A stretch of DNA of 64,000 nucleotides from Synechococcus sp. (GTDB taxonomy: Bacteria; Cyanobacteriota; Cyanobacteriia; PCC-6307; Cyanobiaceae): NCBI GenBank assembly GCA_047285805.1, contig JBJBCN010000002.1:864001-928000 (forward strand), given 5' to 3'. A program made the position numbers and the translations under genes. Numbering within the stretch: the stretch's first letter is position 1; the number at the start of each line of letters is the position of its first letter. Below the pieces are notes generated by a model. It was not told the DNA's origin and searched no databases. It was given only the letters and a program-made list of their open reading frames with translations. Shown piece by piece: positions 28,951 through 38,750 of the stretch.

Positions 28951-31293
28951 GTGACCGTGTCAGTTCCTGGAGCCAGTGCCGCAAGCAGCACCAGCGCCCT
29001 GAACAGCCCCAGACCTGACTTTCCAGCGACTGCCCCTGCCGCCAACCCGGTCTTCTACCGCACTTACAGCCGCAAAACACCCAACGGCCGCGAAAGCTGG
29101 AACGAGGTCGCCGAGCGCAACCTGTCCGGCCTGCGCAAGCTCGGCAATCTGAGCGAGGAGGAAGTAACCCTGCTGCGGCGGATGCAGCAGGAGCAAAAGG
29201 CACTGCCCTCAGGCCGTTGGCTCTGGATTGGTGGCACCCCCTGGATCGAGCAGGAGACGAACTTCTCAGGCTCCTACAACTGCACCTCCACCAACTTGGT
29301 CGATTGGGAAGCCTTCGGTCTGATGATGGACCTGGCGATGATGGGCTGCGGCACCGGCGCCATCATTGAGCCGCACCTGATCGAGCGTCTGCCCGCGGTG
29401 CGCAACACAATCAAGGTGACCGGCGTTAGCGACATCGGCGTCACCCCTGCCGGCCAGCGGCAAGAGACTACGACTTACCAGATCAACGGCCAAACCGTGT
29501 CGGTGAGGGTGGGCGACACCCGCCGCGGATGGGTGGACAGCTATCAGCTGTTGCTGGAACTCTGCAGCGACGAGCGCTTCGACACGACCACTCCGATCGA
29601 GGTCAGCGTTGACCTCTCCGATGTTCGCCCCGTCGGCGAGACCCTTAAGGGCTTCGGCGGCATGGCCAATCCGGTGAAGCTCAAGGACCTCTATGGCCGC
29701 GTTGCCCAAATCCTGAACAAGGCCCAGGGCCGCCAGCTCACCTCGGTGGAGTGCTGCCTGCTCATCGACGAAGCCGCCGTCACGATCGTGGCCGGAAACA
29801 TTCGCCGCAGCGCCGGCATGCGCCAGTTCGCTGCGGACGACAGCGCCGCCTCCACCGCCAAGGACAACCTCTGGCAACAGGACAGCGACGGTAACTGGCG
29901 CATTGACCCAGAACGTGATGCCCTGCGCATGGCGAACCACACCCGGGTCTTCCACAGCCGTCCCGACCGCCAGACCGTGCTCGAGGCAGTCACCAAACAG
30001 TTCCACTCCGGCGAAGGCGCAATTCAGTTCGCCCCTGAAGCCATCGCCCGCTCCAACGCCGATCTGCTCTCCACCCCTGCGCTTCGCAAGGAGTTCATGG
30101 ACGTCTACTGCGAGCAGGGACGTGAGGAAGCCAGCCGCTGGCTCACCACCAACCACCCCGACCTAAGCCCCGAGGAGATTGAGCATCGCCTCGGTCGCTA
30201 TGGCCTGAACCCCTGCGGCGAAATCCTGGGAGCGGACTTCCACTGCAACCTCGCCGAGATCCACCTCAACCGGATTGATCCCGACGACCTGGTGGCCCAA
30301 GAGCAGGCCTTCACCGCAGGCGGCCTGGCCGTGGCTTGTCTGCTCAACCACCGCTTTGAAGTGGAGCGCTACCGCCGAAGCCGTGCGTGGGATCCCATCG
30401 TCGGGGTGAGCTTCACCGGCCTGTTCGATTTCTTTGTCCATGCCTTTGGCACCCCCTGGCTGACCTGGTGGGAAGCCGGCCGCCCCGACAGCGAAGAAGG
30501 CCGCGCCTTCAAGAACAAGGAAGCCGAGTACCTCAGCCGCTGGAAGGAGATCGTCAACAAGGCGGTCTGGGACTACTGCGATCGGCACGGCCTGCGCCGC
30601 CCCAACCGCTGCACGACCGTTCAGCCCGCTGGCACTAAGAGCCTGCTCACCGGTGCCTCCCCCGGCTGGCACCCCCCCAAGGCCCAGCGCTTCATCCGCC
30701 GGATCACTTTCCGCAAGAACGATCCTGTCGCCCTGGCCTGCATGGACTACGGCTACTCGATCGTGCCGTCCCAATCCGACAAGGACGAAGAGGGTCGACT
30801 GCTGGACAACCCCTTTGACCCCCGTTGCACTGAGTGGCTGGTGGAAATCCCCACAGAGGTGAGCTGGGCGAACATCCCCGGTGCCGATGCCGTTGAGATC
30901 AACAACTTCTCGGCGATGGCCCAGTTCGACTTCTACATGCAGGTGCAGCAGCACTACACCGCACATAACACCTCGGCGACGGTGGAGTTCCGCGAGCATG
31001 AGATCGAACCGCTAACCGATGCGATCCACAATGCGATCGACAACGGCCAGGGCTACATCTCCGCGGCCCTGCTGGCTCGCTTTGATGCCAATGCCACCTT
31101 CCCCCGCCTGCCCTTTGAGCCCATCCACCAGGCCGCCTTCGAAGAGCTCCAAGCCGCCGTAGTTAGCCGCCGCAGCACCAACAATTTCTTCGAGGCTCTG
31201 CAGCGTTACGACGGCGGTGAATTGATTGACGCCGGCCCCGCGGGCTGCGACTCCGACAAGTGCCTCCTGCCCCTGGCTAAGCCTGAGAACTGA
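28951..31293 (+). CDS. nrdJ: Class II (adenosylcobalamin-dependent) ribonucleoside-triphosphate reductase
   Basis: 'VFYRTYSR', 'PSGRWLW', 'YNCTS', 'VAGNIRRSA', 'GLNPCGEI', 'TTVQPAGT', C-terminal 'CDSDKC'. Confidence 0.95.
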   Translation: MTVSVPGASAASSTSALNSPRPDFPATAPAANPVFYRTYSRKTPNGRESWNEVAERNLSGLRKLGNLSEEEVTLLRRMQQEQKALPSGRWLWIGGTPWIEQETNFSGSYNCTSTNLVDWEAFGLMMDLAMMGCGTGAIIEPHLIERLPAVRNTIKVTGVSDIGVTPAGQRQETTTYQINGQTVSVRVGDTRRGWVDSYQLLLELCSDERFDTTTPIEVSVDLSDVRPVGETLKGFGGMANPVKLKDLYGRVAQILNKAQGRQLTSVECCLLIDEAAVTIVAGNIRRSAGMRQFAADDSAASTAKDNLWQQDSDGNWRIDPERDALRMANHTRVFHSRPDRQTVLEAVTKQFHSGEGAIQFAPEAIARSNADLLSTPALRKEFMDVYCEQGREEASRWLTTNHPDLSPEEIEHRLGRYGLNPCGEILGADFHCNLAEIHLNRIDPDDLVAQEQAFTAGGLAVACLLNHRFEVERYRRSRAWDPIVGVSFTGLFDFFVHAFGTPWLTWWEAGRPDSEEGRAFKNKEAEYLSRWKEIVNKAVWDYCDRHGLRRPNRCTTVQPAGTKSLLTGASPGWHPPKAQRFIRRITFRKNDPVALACMDYGYSIVPSQSDKDEEGRLLDNPFDPRCTEWLVEIPTEVSWANIPGADAVEINNFSAMAQFDFYMQVQQHYTAHNTSATVEFREHEIEPLTDAIHNAIDNGQGYISAALLARFDANATFPRLPFEPIHQAAFEELQAAVVSRRSTNNFFEALQRYDGGELIDAGPAGCDSDKCLLPLAKPEN

Positions 31294-31312
31294 CGCGCTC
31301 TCTTGCCCCTAT

Positions 31313-31348
31313 GGCCGTCCCCAGATCCGCCTGGCGGGCGGCTTTTTG
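31313..31348 (+). terminator. Putative intrinsic terminator after nrdJ
   Basis: GCCGTCC...GGGCGGC stem followed by TTTTT. Confidence 0.5.
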
Positions 31349-31409
31349 CTGGGCATCCACAACCCCAACCCACAGCCGCTTAACATTTCTTCACACGGTC
31401 TTTCTGCTG

Positions 31410-31607
31410 ATGACGGCGCCGACCTCCCTATCACTGGAATCCAACTTCGAACTCGAGCGCATCAAACGCTCCATCGACGCTATGGATGACCTCGAGTTAC
31501 TCAAGCATCTGGCCAAGCAGATGGCAGAGATGATGCATGCACAGAAGGATGTCACGAATCAGCTCATCGGCGGGCGCAAGCGCCAGAGCTTCGGCTTCGA
31601 CGCCTGA
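31410..31607 (+). CDS. Small helical protein, possibly NblA-like (65 aa)
   Basis: 'LSLESNFELERIKRSIDAMDD...LAKQMAEMMHAQK' resembles the NblA 'LSLEQxF' helix-turn-helix pattern. Confidence 0.45.
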   Translation: MTAPTSLSLESNFELERIKRSIDAMDDLELLKHLAKQMAEMMHAQKDVTNQLIGGRKRQSFGFDA

Positions 31608-31611
31608 TCCT

Positions 31612-31782
31612 TTACACGGGTGCAGTTGACGAGAGCAGGTCCAGAGAAATAGCGACCTGCTCCAGCAACTCGCAGCAACGCTCGTACTGATGATCCGGAC
31701 TGAGGCTGACCGGCAGGGTTTCGATCATGTCCGCCAGCTCCCGGGTACGCACAGCCATGAGGTTGGTGGAAAGAATGGCCAT
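31612..31782 (-). CDS. Hypothetical 56-aa protein
   Basis: Own translation MAILSTNLMAVRTRELADMIETLPV...ELLEQVAISLDLLSSTAPV; amphipathic helices. Confidence 0.4.
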   Translation of the reverse strand: MAILSTNLMAVRTRELADMIETLPVSLSPDHQYERCCELLEQVAISLDLLSSTAPV

Positions 31783-31909
31783 CCATTACGCGACCACAGG
31801 GTCGCTGCGCTCTAAACCAACCATGACCACTTATCTCAAGAATCTCGCCAGTGAGACGTCAAATTTGAACGGGCTCATGGAACAATGAATCAGACCCAAG
31901 GTCGTCCCT

Positions 31910-31994
31910 GGAGGGGTGGTCGAGTGGTTGATGGCTCCGGTCTTGAAAACCGGCGAAGTGAAAGCTTCCGTGGGTTCGAATCCCACCCCCTCCG
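31910..31994 (+). tRNA. tRNA-Ser (anticodon UGA)
   Basis: GGAGGGG/CCCCTCC acceptor stem, anticodon loop CT-TGA-AA, long variable arm, GTTCGAATC T-loop; no encoded CCA. Confidence 0.97.
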
Positions 31995-32220
31995 CTTGTT
32001 CTCTACCGGCTGAAGCTCAGAAAGCCTGACCCTCAGCTGGCGCGAGAGCCACGCATTTTGCCGGTCTTCAGACCGTGCGCAAGTGAGACAAGGGAATCTT
32101 CAGATTTCAGTGACGGAGAATTGCAACGTTGGCTTGGGGCCGAACTCTTGAAACAGCAATATTCGCCACACTCTTGAGCCCGAAGGCTCGCTTCGATGGT
32201 TCCCCAGCGAACACTCTCCC

Positions 32221-32412
32221 GTGCGCTACGAACCTGGCACCAGCGAATGCCGCGTCCTGATCAACAGCAAGGAGCAAATCGAAACAATGCTCCTGACCTT
32301 GAGCAAGCTGGAGAACACCGAAGCCATTCGTGAGCAGTTGCGCTCCGTCCACGCCCAGCTCGAGGCATTCCACGATCAGGTGCGTGAACAACGCAGTTCC
32401 GTTCCGGCCTGA
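32221..32412 (+). CDS. Conserved hypothetical protein (63 aa)
   Basis: GTG ORF 'RYEPGTSECRVLI.SKE.IE..L...IREQLRSVHAQLE'. Confidence 0.6.
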   Translation: MRYEPGTSECRVLINSKEQIETMLLTLSKLENTEAIREQLRSVHAQLEAFHDQVREQRSSVPA

Positions 32413-32454
32413 GCATTGCTCTAATCGAAGTAGACCTTCGATTCGGCCGCTTCC

Positions 32455-32802
32455 ATGGCAGCCGCTCCCTTCCACAGCCGCGTGCTCATCCTGATGGCTC
32501 TGCTCAGCGTGACCGTCGGGGTCAGCGCTGCCCAGGAGGTGAGCCTGGTCCGGCAGCAGCCGATCGAGCAGGCGGACGCCAGCCTGCGCACCCAGGGCTG
32601 GCTACCAGCTGAGGCCCTGACTCCGGAGTCCATGGATCGGCAGTTGGCCGGGAATCGCCTGCAGAGCCTGAGTGCCTGCTCCGGCACAGGTCAAGGCTTT
32701 TGCCGCTACGACTACCAGCGGGGAGTCGAGACCCTTGCCGTCATTACCGTTCCTGGCCCTACAGCCCACGGCTTGGTGCTGCAGTGGTTTCAGGGGCGAT
32801 GA
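32455..32802 (+). CDS. Hypothetical exported protein
   Basis: Signal peptide; 'LSACSGTG.GFCRYDY'. Confidence 0.6.
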   Translation: MAAAPFHSRVLILMALLSVTVGVSAAQEVSLVRQQPIEQADASLRTQGWLPAEALTPESMDRQLAGNRLQSLSACSGTGQGFCRYDYQRGVETLAVITVPGPTAHGLVLQWFQGR

Positions 32803-32826
32803 TGCCCGGAGGCGCCACGAGCAACC

Positions 32827-32940
32827 GTGTTTGAGAACGACAAGCGTCCGCCTTGGTTGAACTGGCTGTTCCTAGGGATCTTCCTCTGGAGCTCCTGGCA
32901 GCTGGCCGGCTTCTGGTTCCAGCAGCTTCACGGCAGCTAG
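32827..32940 (+). CDS. Trp-rich 37-aa membrane micro-protein
   Basis: GTG start; MFENDKRPPWLNWLFLGIFLWSSWQLAGFWFQQLHGS. Confidence 0.55.
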   Translation: MFENDKRPPWLNWLFLGIFLWSSWQLAGFWFQQLHGS

Positions 32941-32941
32941 A

Positions 32942-33915
32942 TCAATTGCGGTTCAACAGATCCAAGACATCACCGGTCAACGCCGGGGACTGAACATCAA
33001 GCTGGCGCATCGCTCCACCGCCGCTGAACCTCAAGCGGCACAGCTCCACCCAGATCGGATAGGGATTGCGGGCCAGCTGTAAGGCATAGCTGCCCTGATC
33101 GAGGTTCGCAATCACGGTTGAAAGCATCTGCCAGCTGTCCCCCGCATGACCGCCGGAATAATCCTCAGCGGCCGCCGGAACAGCAAGGTTTGTCATCACC
33201 CTGTAGAAATTCGCCTCAGCCTCATCGGGCGTGGAGGCTTTGGGCAGGGTGCTGAGGAAGGTAGAGGCACGCACAAAACGGGAGGCGGTATCAACATCAC
33301 AGGGCAGCAGCAGCGTTCCCCCAAAGGGCTGGTAGCGCTTTAGGTTCTGCAGCTGCCATGCCGGGGGGGGCTCGTTAATGATCACCCGGGTCTGGTTGCC
33401 CTGATGCACCACCATCCGGCCGACGGTTAACTCGACCACCGCTGAGCGTCCACGGCGATCCGCCAGCGAAAGATGCAGGCTCCAATTGCGATCCAGGACA
33501 TGGTCGGAAACGGTCTGAACCTGTGCAAAGCCTGCAATCGCCTCCTCGACAGTCGCGAAGTTGTCGAGCACAAATTCCACCATCCGCCGGTTGGAGAGGA
33601 CCGGCTTACCGCTCCTGGCGGAGCCGTAGTCACTGACGAAGAGGTACAGCAGGTTGACGTTTAGTCACCTTTAACTCAGGCCATCGGCGAGCACGGTTCC
33701 CACACTCATCACCCCGACGCTGCCGTGCTTCACGCGCCAGCGCTTAGCATTCGGAATGCTTGTGCTGACCAGACCACCGGCCTCCAGGCCGCGGGGCAGC
33801 AGAACCAGGTCCGCCGCTGGCGTCAAGGCCCCAATCAAGAGCAACGCGACGGGCTAAAACCGACGGGCGCCATGGGCAAGCGCGATCGAACGCTCCCCAC
33901 AGGATGTTCAGAACA
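32942..33915 (-). pseudogene. Linear amide C-N hydrolase (penicillin V acylase/choloylglycine hydrolase family) pseudogene
   Basis: 'LVLLPRG', 'W..KHGSV', 'ADGLS*R*LNVNLLYL' (DG.NEKGL motif broken), 'FVLDNFATVEEA', 'SRFVRAS'; 5' end frameshifted and approximate. Confidence 0.8.
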
Positions 33916-33919
33916 GCGC

Positions 33920-34315
33920 CTAGCGGCGACGTTTGCCCTTCACTGATTTGGGGGCTGGGGCCACGACGACCTGAACGAAACGCACCAATCCCCCCAACAA
34001 ACACAGAAGCGCCAACAGGGCGAGACCACCCAGAAGCAGCACCCCGAGCAACTGGAGGATTCCCATCAACAGTTGGGAGAGCCCACCGATCAGATGCGCC
34101 AAGGCGGTGCTCACCAAGAGCAGGCTGTCGAGGTCAATCAGCTGGGGCAGCTTGAGCAACAGCACGAGCAGGCCAACCCCGCCGGCCATCATGAGTACCG
34201 CCTCAAAGATCAGCCTAGGGCGGTTCTTGGCCTTGCGCTTGCGGAAGAGAGGGCGATGACGATCAGCCGCTCCTGAGGAGCTCCCCACTACCCGCAGACG
34301 CCGCTGCCGTGTCAT
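33920..34315 (-). CDS. Hypothetical membrane protein
   Basis: Basic N-terminus followed by Leu-rich TM segments. Confidence 0.6.
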   Translation of the reverse strand: MTRQRRLRVVGSSSGAADRHRPLFRKRKAKNRPRLIFEAVLMMAGGVGLLVLLLKLPQLIDLDSLLLVSTALAHLIGGLSQLLMGILQLLGVLLLGGLALLALLCLLGGLVRFVQVVVAPAPKSVKGKRRR

Positions 34316-34560
34316 GACTCCAGCTGGTGTCCGGCGCCGCGCATCCAGCGTTCAAATTCGATCAAGACCAGCTCATTAGGGCAATCCACCAGGTTCAGGT
34401 CGCCCACGGTGCAATCCCCCTGACCGCCGTGGTGCAACGAGATATGGAAGTCAGGACCACTCAAACCGCACACTTCCGGATCGCTGCGAACGACAACATC
34501 CAGGCAGGCGCCCAGACGGGTGACACGACGACGCAATTCCGACCAGCTCAATGCGCTCAT
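34312..34560 (-). CDS. Conserved hypothetical protein (82 aa)
   Basis: 'LDVVVRSDPEVCGLSG', 'DCPNELVLIEFERWMRGAG'. Confidence 0.65.
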   Translation of the reverse strand: MSALSWSELRRRVTRLGACLDVVVRSDPEVCGLSGPDFHISLHHGGQGDCTVGDLNLVDCPNELVLIEFERWMRGAGHQLES

Positions 34561-34596
34561 CGCAGTACAGCAAGTGTGGGGTGATTCAAACGGACG

Positions 34597-35205
34597 TCAA
34601 CCGCCCTTAGCCGAGGGTTCAAGCTCGGGGGGAGTCTGGGCTGCCGGCTTCGGCGTCGGCAGCATCGCGATCAAGGCAGCACTGATCGCGAGAGCCGCCA
34701 CCCCGGCTACCGGAGCCGCTATCCGGCGGAGCAACGGCTGACGGTGGCGCAGCTCCTTGCGCGCCAGGGGCAGCAGCGGCGGCGCCTCAAACGGAAGCGC
34801 CAGACGGGGATCCAAGCGCAGCTGATCGAGGCAACGCACCAAGTCCGAGAGCTCGGCGTCATCCAGGCGCAAGGTCAAGGGCGATGTATTCGGCTGGCTG
34901 CTGCGCAACTCCAACTGGTGGCAGGACTCACCTGGGGCAATCGCCACCGGTGCATCCGCAGCCCCAAAGGCCTTGGGCACGCCACTGAGCAGATGGCGCG
35001 CATAGGGAATCGCGGCGCTCAGCAGAGCCTGGAGGTGTTCGCGCTTGCCCTCCAGTTCGGTCTGACCCGCCAGCCCCATGGTGAAGCCGGTCAAGATGCC
35101 GATCGTGCTCGCGTCCTGCCCGGCAGAGAGATCAGGCAGACCCTCAACGATCAAGCGGCAGCTGGTTTGTTCGTAGCGCGTGGTGAGTTTCATCTCAGTA
35201 ATCAA
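34597..35205 (-). CDS. DUF4335-family protein
   Basis: 'RYEQTSCRLIVEGLPD', 'LEGKREHL', 'LDDAELSDLVRCLD'. Confidence 0.75.
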   Translation of the reverse strand: MITEMKLTTRYEQTSCRLIVEGLPDLSAGQDASTIGILTGFTMGLAGQTELEGKREHLQALLSAAIPYARHLLSGVPKAFGAADAPVAIAPGESCHQLELRSSQPNTSPLTLRLDDAELSDLVRCLDQLRLDPRLALPFEAPPLLPLARKELRHRQPLLRRIAAPVAGVAALAISAALIAMLPTPKPAAQTPPELEPSAKGG

Positions 35206-35738
35206 ACAGCCGCATCAAGAAGACTGGCCCTAAGGCGCTCGAAGCCACCCTCACCAGCGCAGAGCGCCATCGCTTGCACCAGCTCGCGGCTCAGGGCTGG
35301 TCCCTGCTCGGGATCCAGCAGACGCTGGACACCACCGCGCCGTGGGTTCAAGCGCTCCAGCACCAGCTCCCGCAGGCGCGAGCGAAACAAGTCCCAGCGC
35401 TGTGCATTCAGATCAGGGGGCTCAGCTGAAGACAGGAGCGTCCGCAACATCGGATAGAGACGCTCCGAGAGGGCCGTCAGGATGCGAATCAAAGCGTCTG
35501 TCTCCTCAGGCTTAAGGGACGCCCGGCGGGTGTTGCGGCGCAGGGGGTTGCTGCAGCGGCGCTTCCAGAGCTCCACCCGGTTAGGGAAGAGATCGGTAAA
35601 GCCCATCTCCTCGCTCAGCCAAACCATCGCCTCCCCGCCGTTGAGATCGAGTGCTTCGGCGCAGAGGAGCATCAAATCCAGGCGCTCAATGCCGCGGCGG
35701 GACAAGGGGGGTTGCACGCTCGCTGGGGCTTCGGCCAT
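35202..35738 (-). CDS. DUF3038-family protein
   Basis: '[19 protein letters not shown]', '[17 protein letters not shown]', 'RLRASLLD'. Confidence 0.8.
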   Translation of the reverse strand: MAEAPASVQPPLSRRGIERLDLMLLCAEALDLNGGEAMVWLSEEMGFTDLFPNRVELWKRRCSNPLRRNTRRASLKPEETDALIRILTALSERLYPMLRTLLSSAEPPDLNAQRWDLFRSRLRELVLERLNPRRGGVQRLLDPEQGPALSRELVQAMALCAGEGGFERLRASLLDAAV

Positions 35739-35777
35739 GGCTGCGATACTGCCAGCTCTGGCGCTGATTCGTCGACC

Positions 35778-36302
35778 ATGACCTCTATCAACCTGCGTCA
35801 GCTGGTTAGGGAAGTCCCCGATTTCCCGCAGCCCGGGATCCTCTTTCGCGACATCATCCCGCTAATGCGCCAACCGGAAGCCTGGCAGGAGGTCATGCGT
35901 CAGCTCGGAGAGGTCTGTGACCGGCTCAAGCCCGACCTGATCGTCGGCATCGAATCACGCGGGTTCATCGTTGGCACCGCCCTGGCAACCGCCAAAAAGA
36001 TCGGCTTCAGCCCGGTGCGCAAACCCGGCAAGCTACCCGGCGAGTTAATCAGTGTGGATTACAGCCTCGAGTACGGCACCGACCGACTCGAAATCGTGCC
36101 CGATGGATTCGAAAACAAACCCCGGGTGTTGATCGTCGACGACCTGCTGGCCACGGGAGGCACCGCCGCGGCATGCGCCCATTTGGTAGAGCAGGTGGGC
36201 GGCGAACTGGTGGGGTTTGCCTTCGTAGTGGAACTGGCGGATCTGGGGGGTCAGAGCAAGCTCCCCGCCGGGGTACCCGTCAACTCATTGATCGTCTATT
36301 GA
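35778..36302 (+). CDS. apt: Adenine phosphoribosyltransferase
   Basis: '[13 protein letters not shown]', 'ESRGF', 'RKPGKLP', 'YSLEYG', '[10 protein letters not shown]'. Confidence 0.96.
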   Translation: MTSINLRQLVREVPDFPQPGILFRDIIPLMRQPEAWQEVMRQLGEVCDRLKPDLIVGIESRGFIVGTALATAKKIGFSPVRKPGKLPGELISVDYSLEYGTDRLEIVPDGFENKPRVLIVDDLLATGGTAAACAHLVEQVGGELVGFAFVVELADLGGQSKLPAGVPVNSLIVY

Positions 36303-36306
36303 GAAC

Positions 36307-36519
36307 TTAAAGATGCAGGTCCTGCCACTGCAGGACCTGATCGAGCTGCTCGAGGCTGATCAAGCCAAAGCGCCAGAGCACAACAGGAAGGGGGGCCTGC
36401 TCGAGCTGCGACTGCTTCAGGCCCAGGCCCAACGCGTTCTCACTAAGCCCCAGCGTGCTGCGGAGGAAGCGCAGCAGCTCGGGATGAGGAGCGGGTTGCG
36501 GCGAGGTGCAGATCACCAT
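36307..36519 (-). CDS. DUF2949-family protein
   Basis: 'LGLSENAL.LG', 'PLPVVLWRFGLISLEQLDQV'. Confidence 0.8.
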   Translation of the reverse strand: MVICTSPQPAPHPELLRFLRSTLGLSENALGLGLKQSQLEQAPLPVVLWRFGLISLEQLDQVLQWQDLHL

Positions 36520-36532
36520 GCCGCCATCCTGC

Positions 36533-37723
36533 TCAGCCCCGCCAGAGGCGGCAAGGCCCGTTGCTCATCGCCCGCAGACTGATCTGTCGCATCCAGCCCC
36601 AACGCACCAGGGCGCTCAGGGCCCAGCGACGCACCAGCAGGAGTGGGGCGAAGCGGTTGGAGAAGAAGCGCACAAGGGCGTCGGTGGCCAGCAGCACCAG
36701 GGCGATGTCAAGCACGCGGGCGCGCCCGTAGGCCCCCGCTAACGATCGGGGCCGCAGACGTCCGTCCGCACAACGCCGAGCCAGACGATGGAGCTGATCC
36801 ACGTCACGCCAACAGAGGTTAAGGCCCTGACCGCCAACGGGATGGCAGCGATGGGCCACCTCGCCCACGACGACCGTGGTGCGGCGGGCCAGAGGCCAGG
36901 ACCACTCCAAGGCAACCGGAAAGGCCCGGGGCTGATCCAAGAGCACTTCCGCCTGGAGCTCTTCGGGCAAGGCCGCGCTGATGGCATCCAGGAAAGCCAC
37001 CGCATCCAGCTGCTCCAACTGGCGCAGGCGCTCCAGCGATGCACTCCAAACCAATTGAAAGGCATCACCCCCAAGGGGCAGGACCGCAAAGGGGCCTTCC
37101 GGGCGAAACAGCTCCCAGGCCTGATCAGGGGCGGAGCCCCGCAAGCGCACCTGCACCGTGAGACAGCCCTGGCGGTAGGACCAACCCCGCTGCCGAATGC
37201 GGGCGGCCTGGCGGGTGGGCGAACGGTGGCCATCGGCCGCCACCAAGAGATCAAAGCCGGCGGAAGCGGACAGCGGTTGGGTACCCAGATACTCTTCAAT
37301 GGCGCCCTGCTTGCCGATGGCCTCGAGCAAGACCCGCATCAAATCCCGGTGCTGCAGGATCCAGCCCACCGGTTGATCGCCACCCCCCAGCCAGGACAGG
37401 TCGGCGGATGTAAAGGGCACCTGAAGGTGGGTGGCCCGATCACAGAGTTCCAGCCGCCGAAACTGGGCCAGGGCTGGAGAGAGGTCCTCCCAGAGTCCCA
37501 ACCGCAGCAACAGTTCGCGACTGGAGTGGGTCAGCGCATAGGCCCGGTTGCGCGCCAGCAGGGCAGCAGCATCGAGGGGATCGCAGATCTCAACCTGCCA
37601 CCCGGCCTCTGCCAGCGCCAGAGCCGAGAGCGCCCCGGTGGGTCCGGCGCCATTGACCCGAGCACGCAGGCCGGAGGGCTTTCTCAGGGGCACGGAACGA
37701 ACGGCACAAAAAAACCGCAGCAC
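36533..37723 (-). CDS. FAD-dependent monooxygenase (UbiH/VisC-like)
   Basis: 'GAGPTG', 'VAADG', 'GE.AH.CHPVGGQGLNL'; start uncertain. Confidence 0.85.
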   Translation of the reverse strand: MLRFFCAVRSVPLRKPSGLRARVNGAGPTGALSALALAEAGWQVEICDPLDAAALLARNRAYALTHSSRELLLRLGLWEDLSPALAQFRRLELCDRATHLQVPFTSADLSWLGGGDQPVGWILQHRDLMRVLLEAIGKQGAIEEYLGTQPLSASAGFDLLVAADGHRSPTRQAARIRQRGWSYRQGCLTVQVRLRGSAPDQAWELFRPEGPFAVLPLGGDAFQLVWSASLERLRQLEQLDAVAFLDAISAALPEELQAEVLLDQPRAFPVALEWSWPLARRTTVVVGEVAHRCHPVGGQGLNLCWRDVDQLHRLARRCADGRLRPRSLAGAYGRARVLDIALVLLATDALVRFFSNRFAPLLLVRRWALSALVRWGWMRQISLRAMSNGPCRLWRG

Positions 37724-37761
37724 AATTCTGTGCTGCGGCCTACGTCAAACGAGAGAGGCAA

Positions 37762-38016
37762 TCAGCCCAAGCCCAGCAGGCCGTGGGTAAAGGACTCACC
37801 ACCCAGGGCCAGCTCGGTGGCGAGCAGGGCGATGAAACCGAGCATGGCCATGCGGCCGTTGAGCTTTTCAGCGCGGTCGTGGAAGCCCCAACCGCTTTCG
37901 GCATCCACCACTTCCATGCGTGGCTCGGTGGCAAAGGCGTTAAGGCGGCCGCCATCTTCTTCGGTGACAGTGGCGCCGCGGATTACCGCAGGGGCGGAAG
38001 GATTGGACTGAGTCAT
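37762..38016 (-). CDS. hli: High-light inducible protein (Hli/Scp)
   Basis: '[11 protein letters not shown]' and chlorophyll-binding '[13 protein letters not shown]'. Confidence 0.92.
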   Translation of the reverse strand: MTQSNPSAPAVIRGATVTEEDGGRLNAFATEPRMEVVDAESGWGFHDRAEKLNGRMAMLGFIALLATELALGGESFTHGLLGLG

Positions 38017-38033
38017 CACGCGTCGCTCCGGAA

Positions 38034-38071
38034 CGTAACGAAACTGTAACGCAATATTGCGCCATGTAACA
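38034..38071 (-). promoter_or_regulatory. HLR1-like GTTAC direct repeats upstream of hli
   Basis: Minus strand: GTTACA...GTTACAgtttcGTTACg (three GTTAC copies). Confidence 0.4.
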
Positions 38072-38076
38072 AGCCC

Positions 38077-38724
38077 TCAGCGAAGGCGCTTGAGGCAGAG
38101 CTCCTCAAAGGCAGGACGAAGCAAAAACGGATACTCACCGACCCAAAGCTTCATCTGGGGCAACCAGGCATCACTGAGAGCCCCGACCCGGGAGAAGTCC
38201 TTGCGCTCACTCAGCACCAGGCAGCGCACGACCGCACCCCGGCGTATCTGCTTGTGTTTCTTGTTGTACGGAAACCGAACACTGCCGAGGTAGCCGTCTT
38301 CATCCTCCAGCTCCAAGCAGAGCCAGGTGCGGCGGTTCTCGACGGTCTCCAGTCGCCCCTGCTTGTCGGTGGTCTCCTGGCGACCCTCCACCAATTCCTT
38401 CGTGTAGAGGTCGACCACTTCCCCCTCAAAGATCGCGGCCGCCGGGTACCGGCGCAGGGTCGCGTTCTTGCGACTGGCCTCAACGATCGGCCCCCAGAGC
38501 ACATAGAGCAGGAAGACCACACCGACCATCAGCAGGATCGGAGAGGCCTGACTGTTGATGGCCACCCCCTGGCTGATCAGCAGGCTGATCACGCCGCCGA
38601 TGACCGATATGAACACCCGCTGAAGCACCTTCTGGGGGTTCCCGCTGCAGAAGTTGAACTGGGGGCCACTGGCCACCGCGGGGATCAGACGCGGCAGCTC
38701 TCCGGGGCGAAGCGGGATGAGCAT
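38077..38724 (-). CDS. Conserved hypothetical cyanobacterial membrane protein
   Basis: 'MLIPLRPGEL.RLIPAVA.G.QF', two TM helices, 'WVGEYPFL.R'. Confidence 0.7.
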   Translation of the reverse strand: MLIPLRPGELPRLIPAVASGPQFNFCSGNPQKVLQRVFISVIGGVISLLISQGVAINSQASPILLMVGVVFLLYVLWGPIVEASRKNATLRRYPAAAIFEGEVVDLYTKELVEGRQETTDKQGRLETVENRRTWLCLELEDEDGYLGSVRFPYNKKHKQIRRGAVVRCLVLSERKDFSRVGALSDAWLPQMKLWVGEYPFLLRPAFEELCLKRLR

Positions 38725-38750
38725 GGCGCCAGTGTCTGCTGCTGAAAGGA

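Noticed and set aside
28951..31293. Intein or intron in nrdJ
   Set aside because: The ORF is an uninterrupted 780 aa with contiguous RNR motifs and no intein signatures.
31910..31994. tRNA-Ser as attB of an island
   Set aside because: No second copy of the tRNA 3' end and no adjacent integrase were noticed in the window.
36788..38011. Long antisense or alternate-frame ORFs (for example 36788-38011, 38853-39812, 57446-58498)
   Set aside because: These are shadow ORFs opposite well-supported genes, as expected in high-GC DNA.
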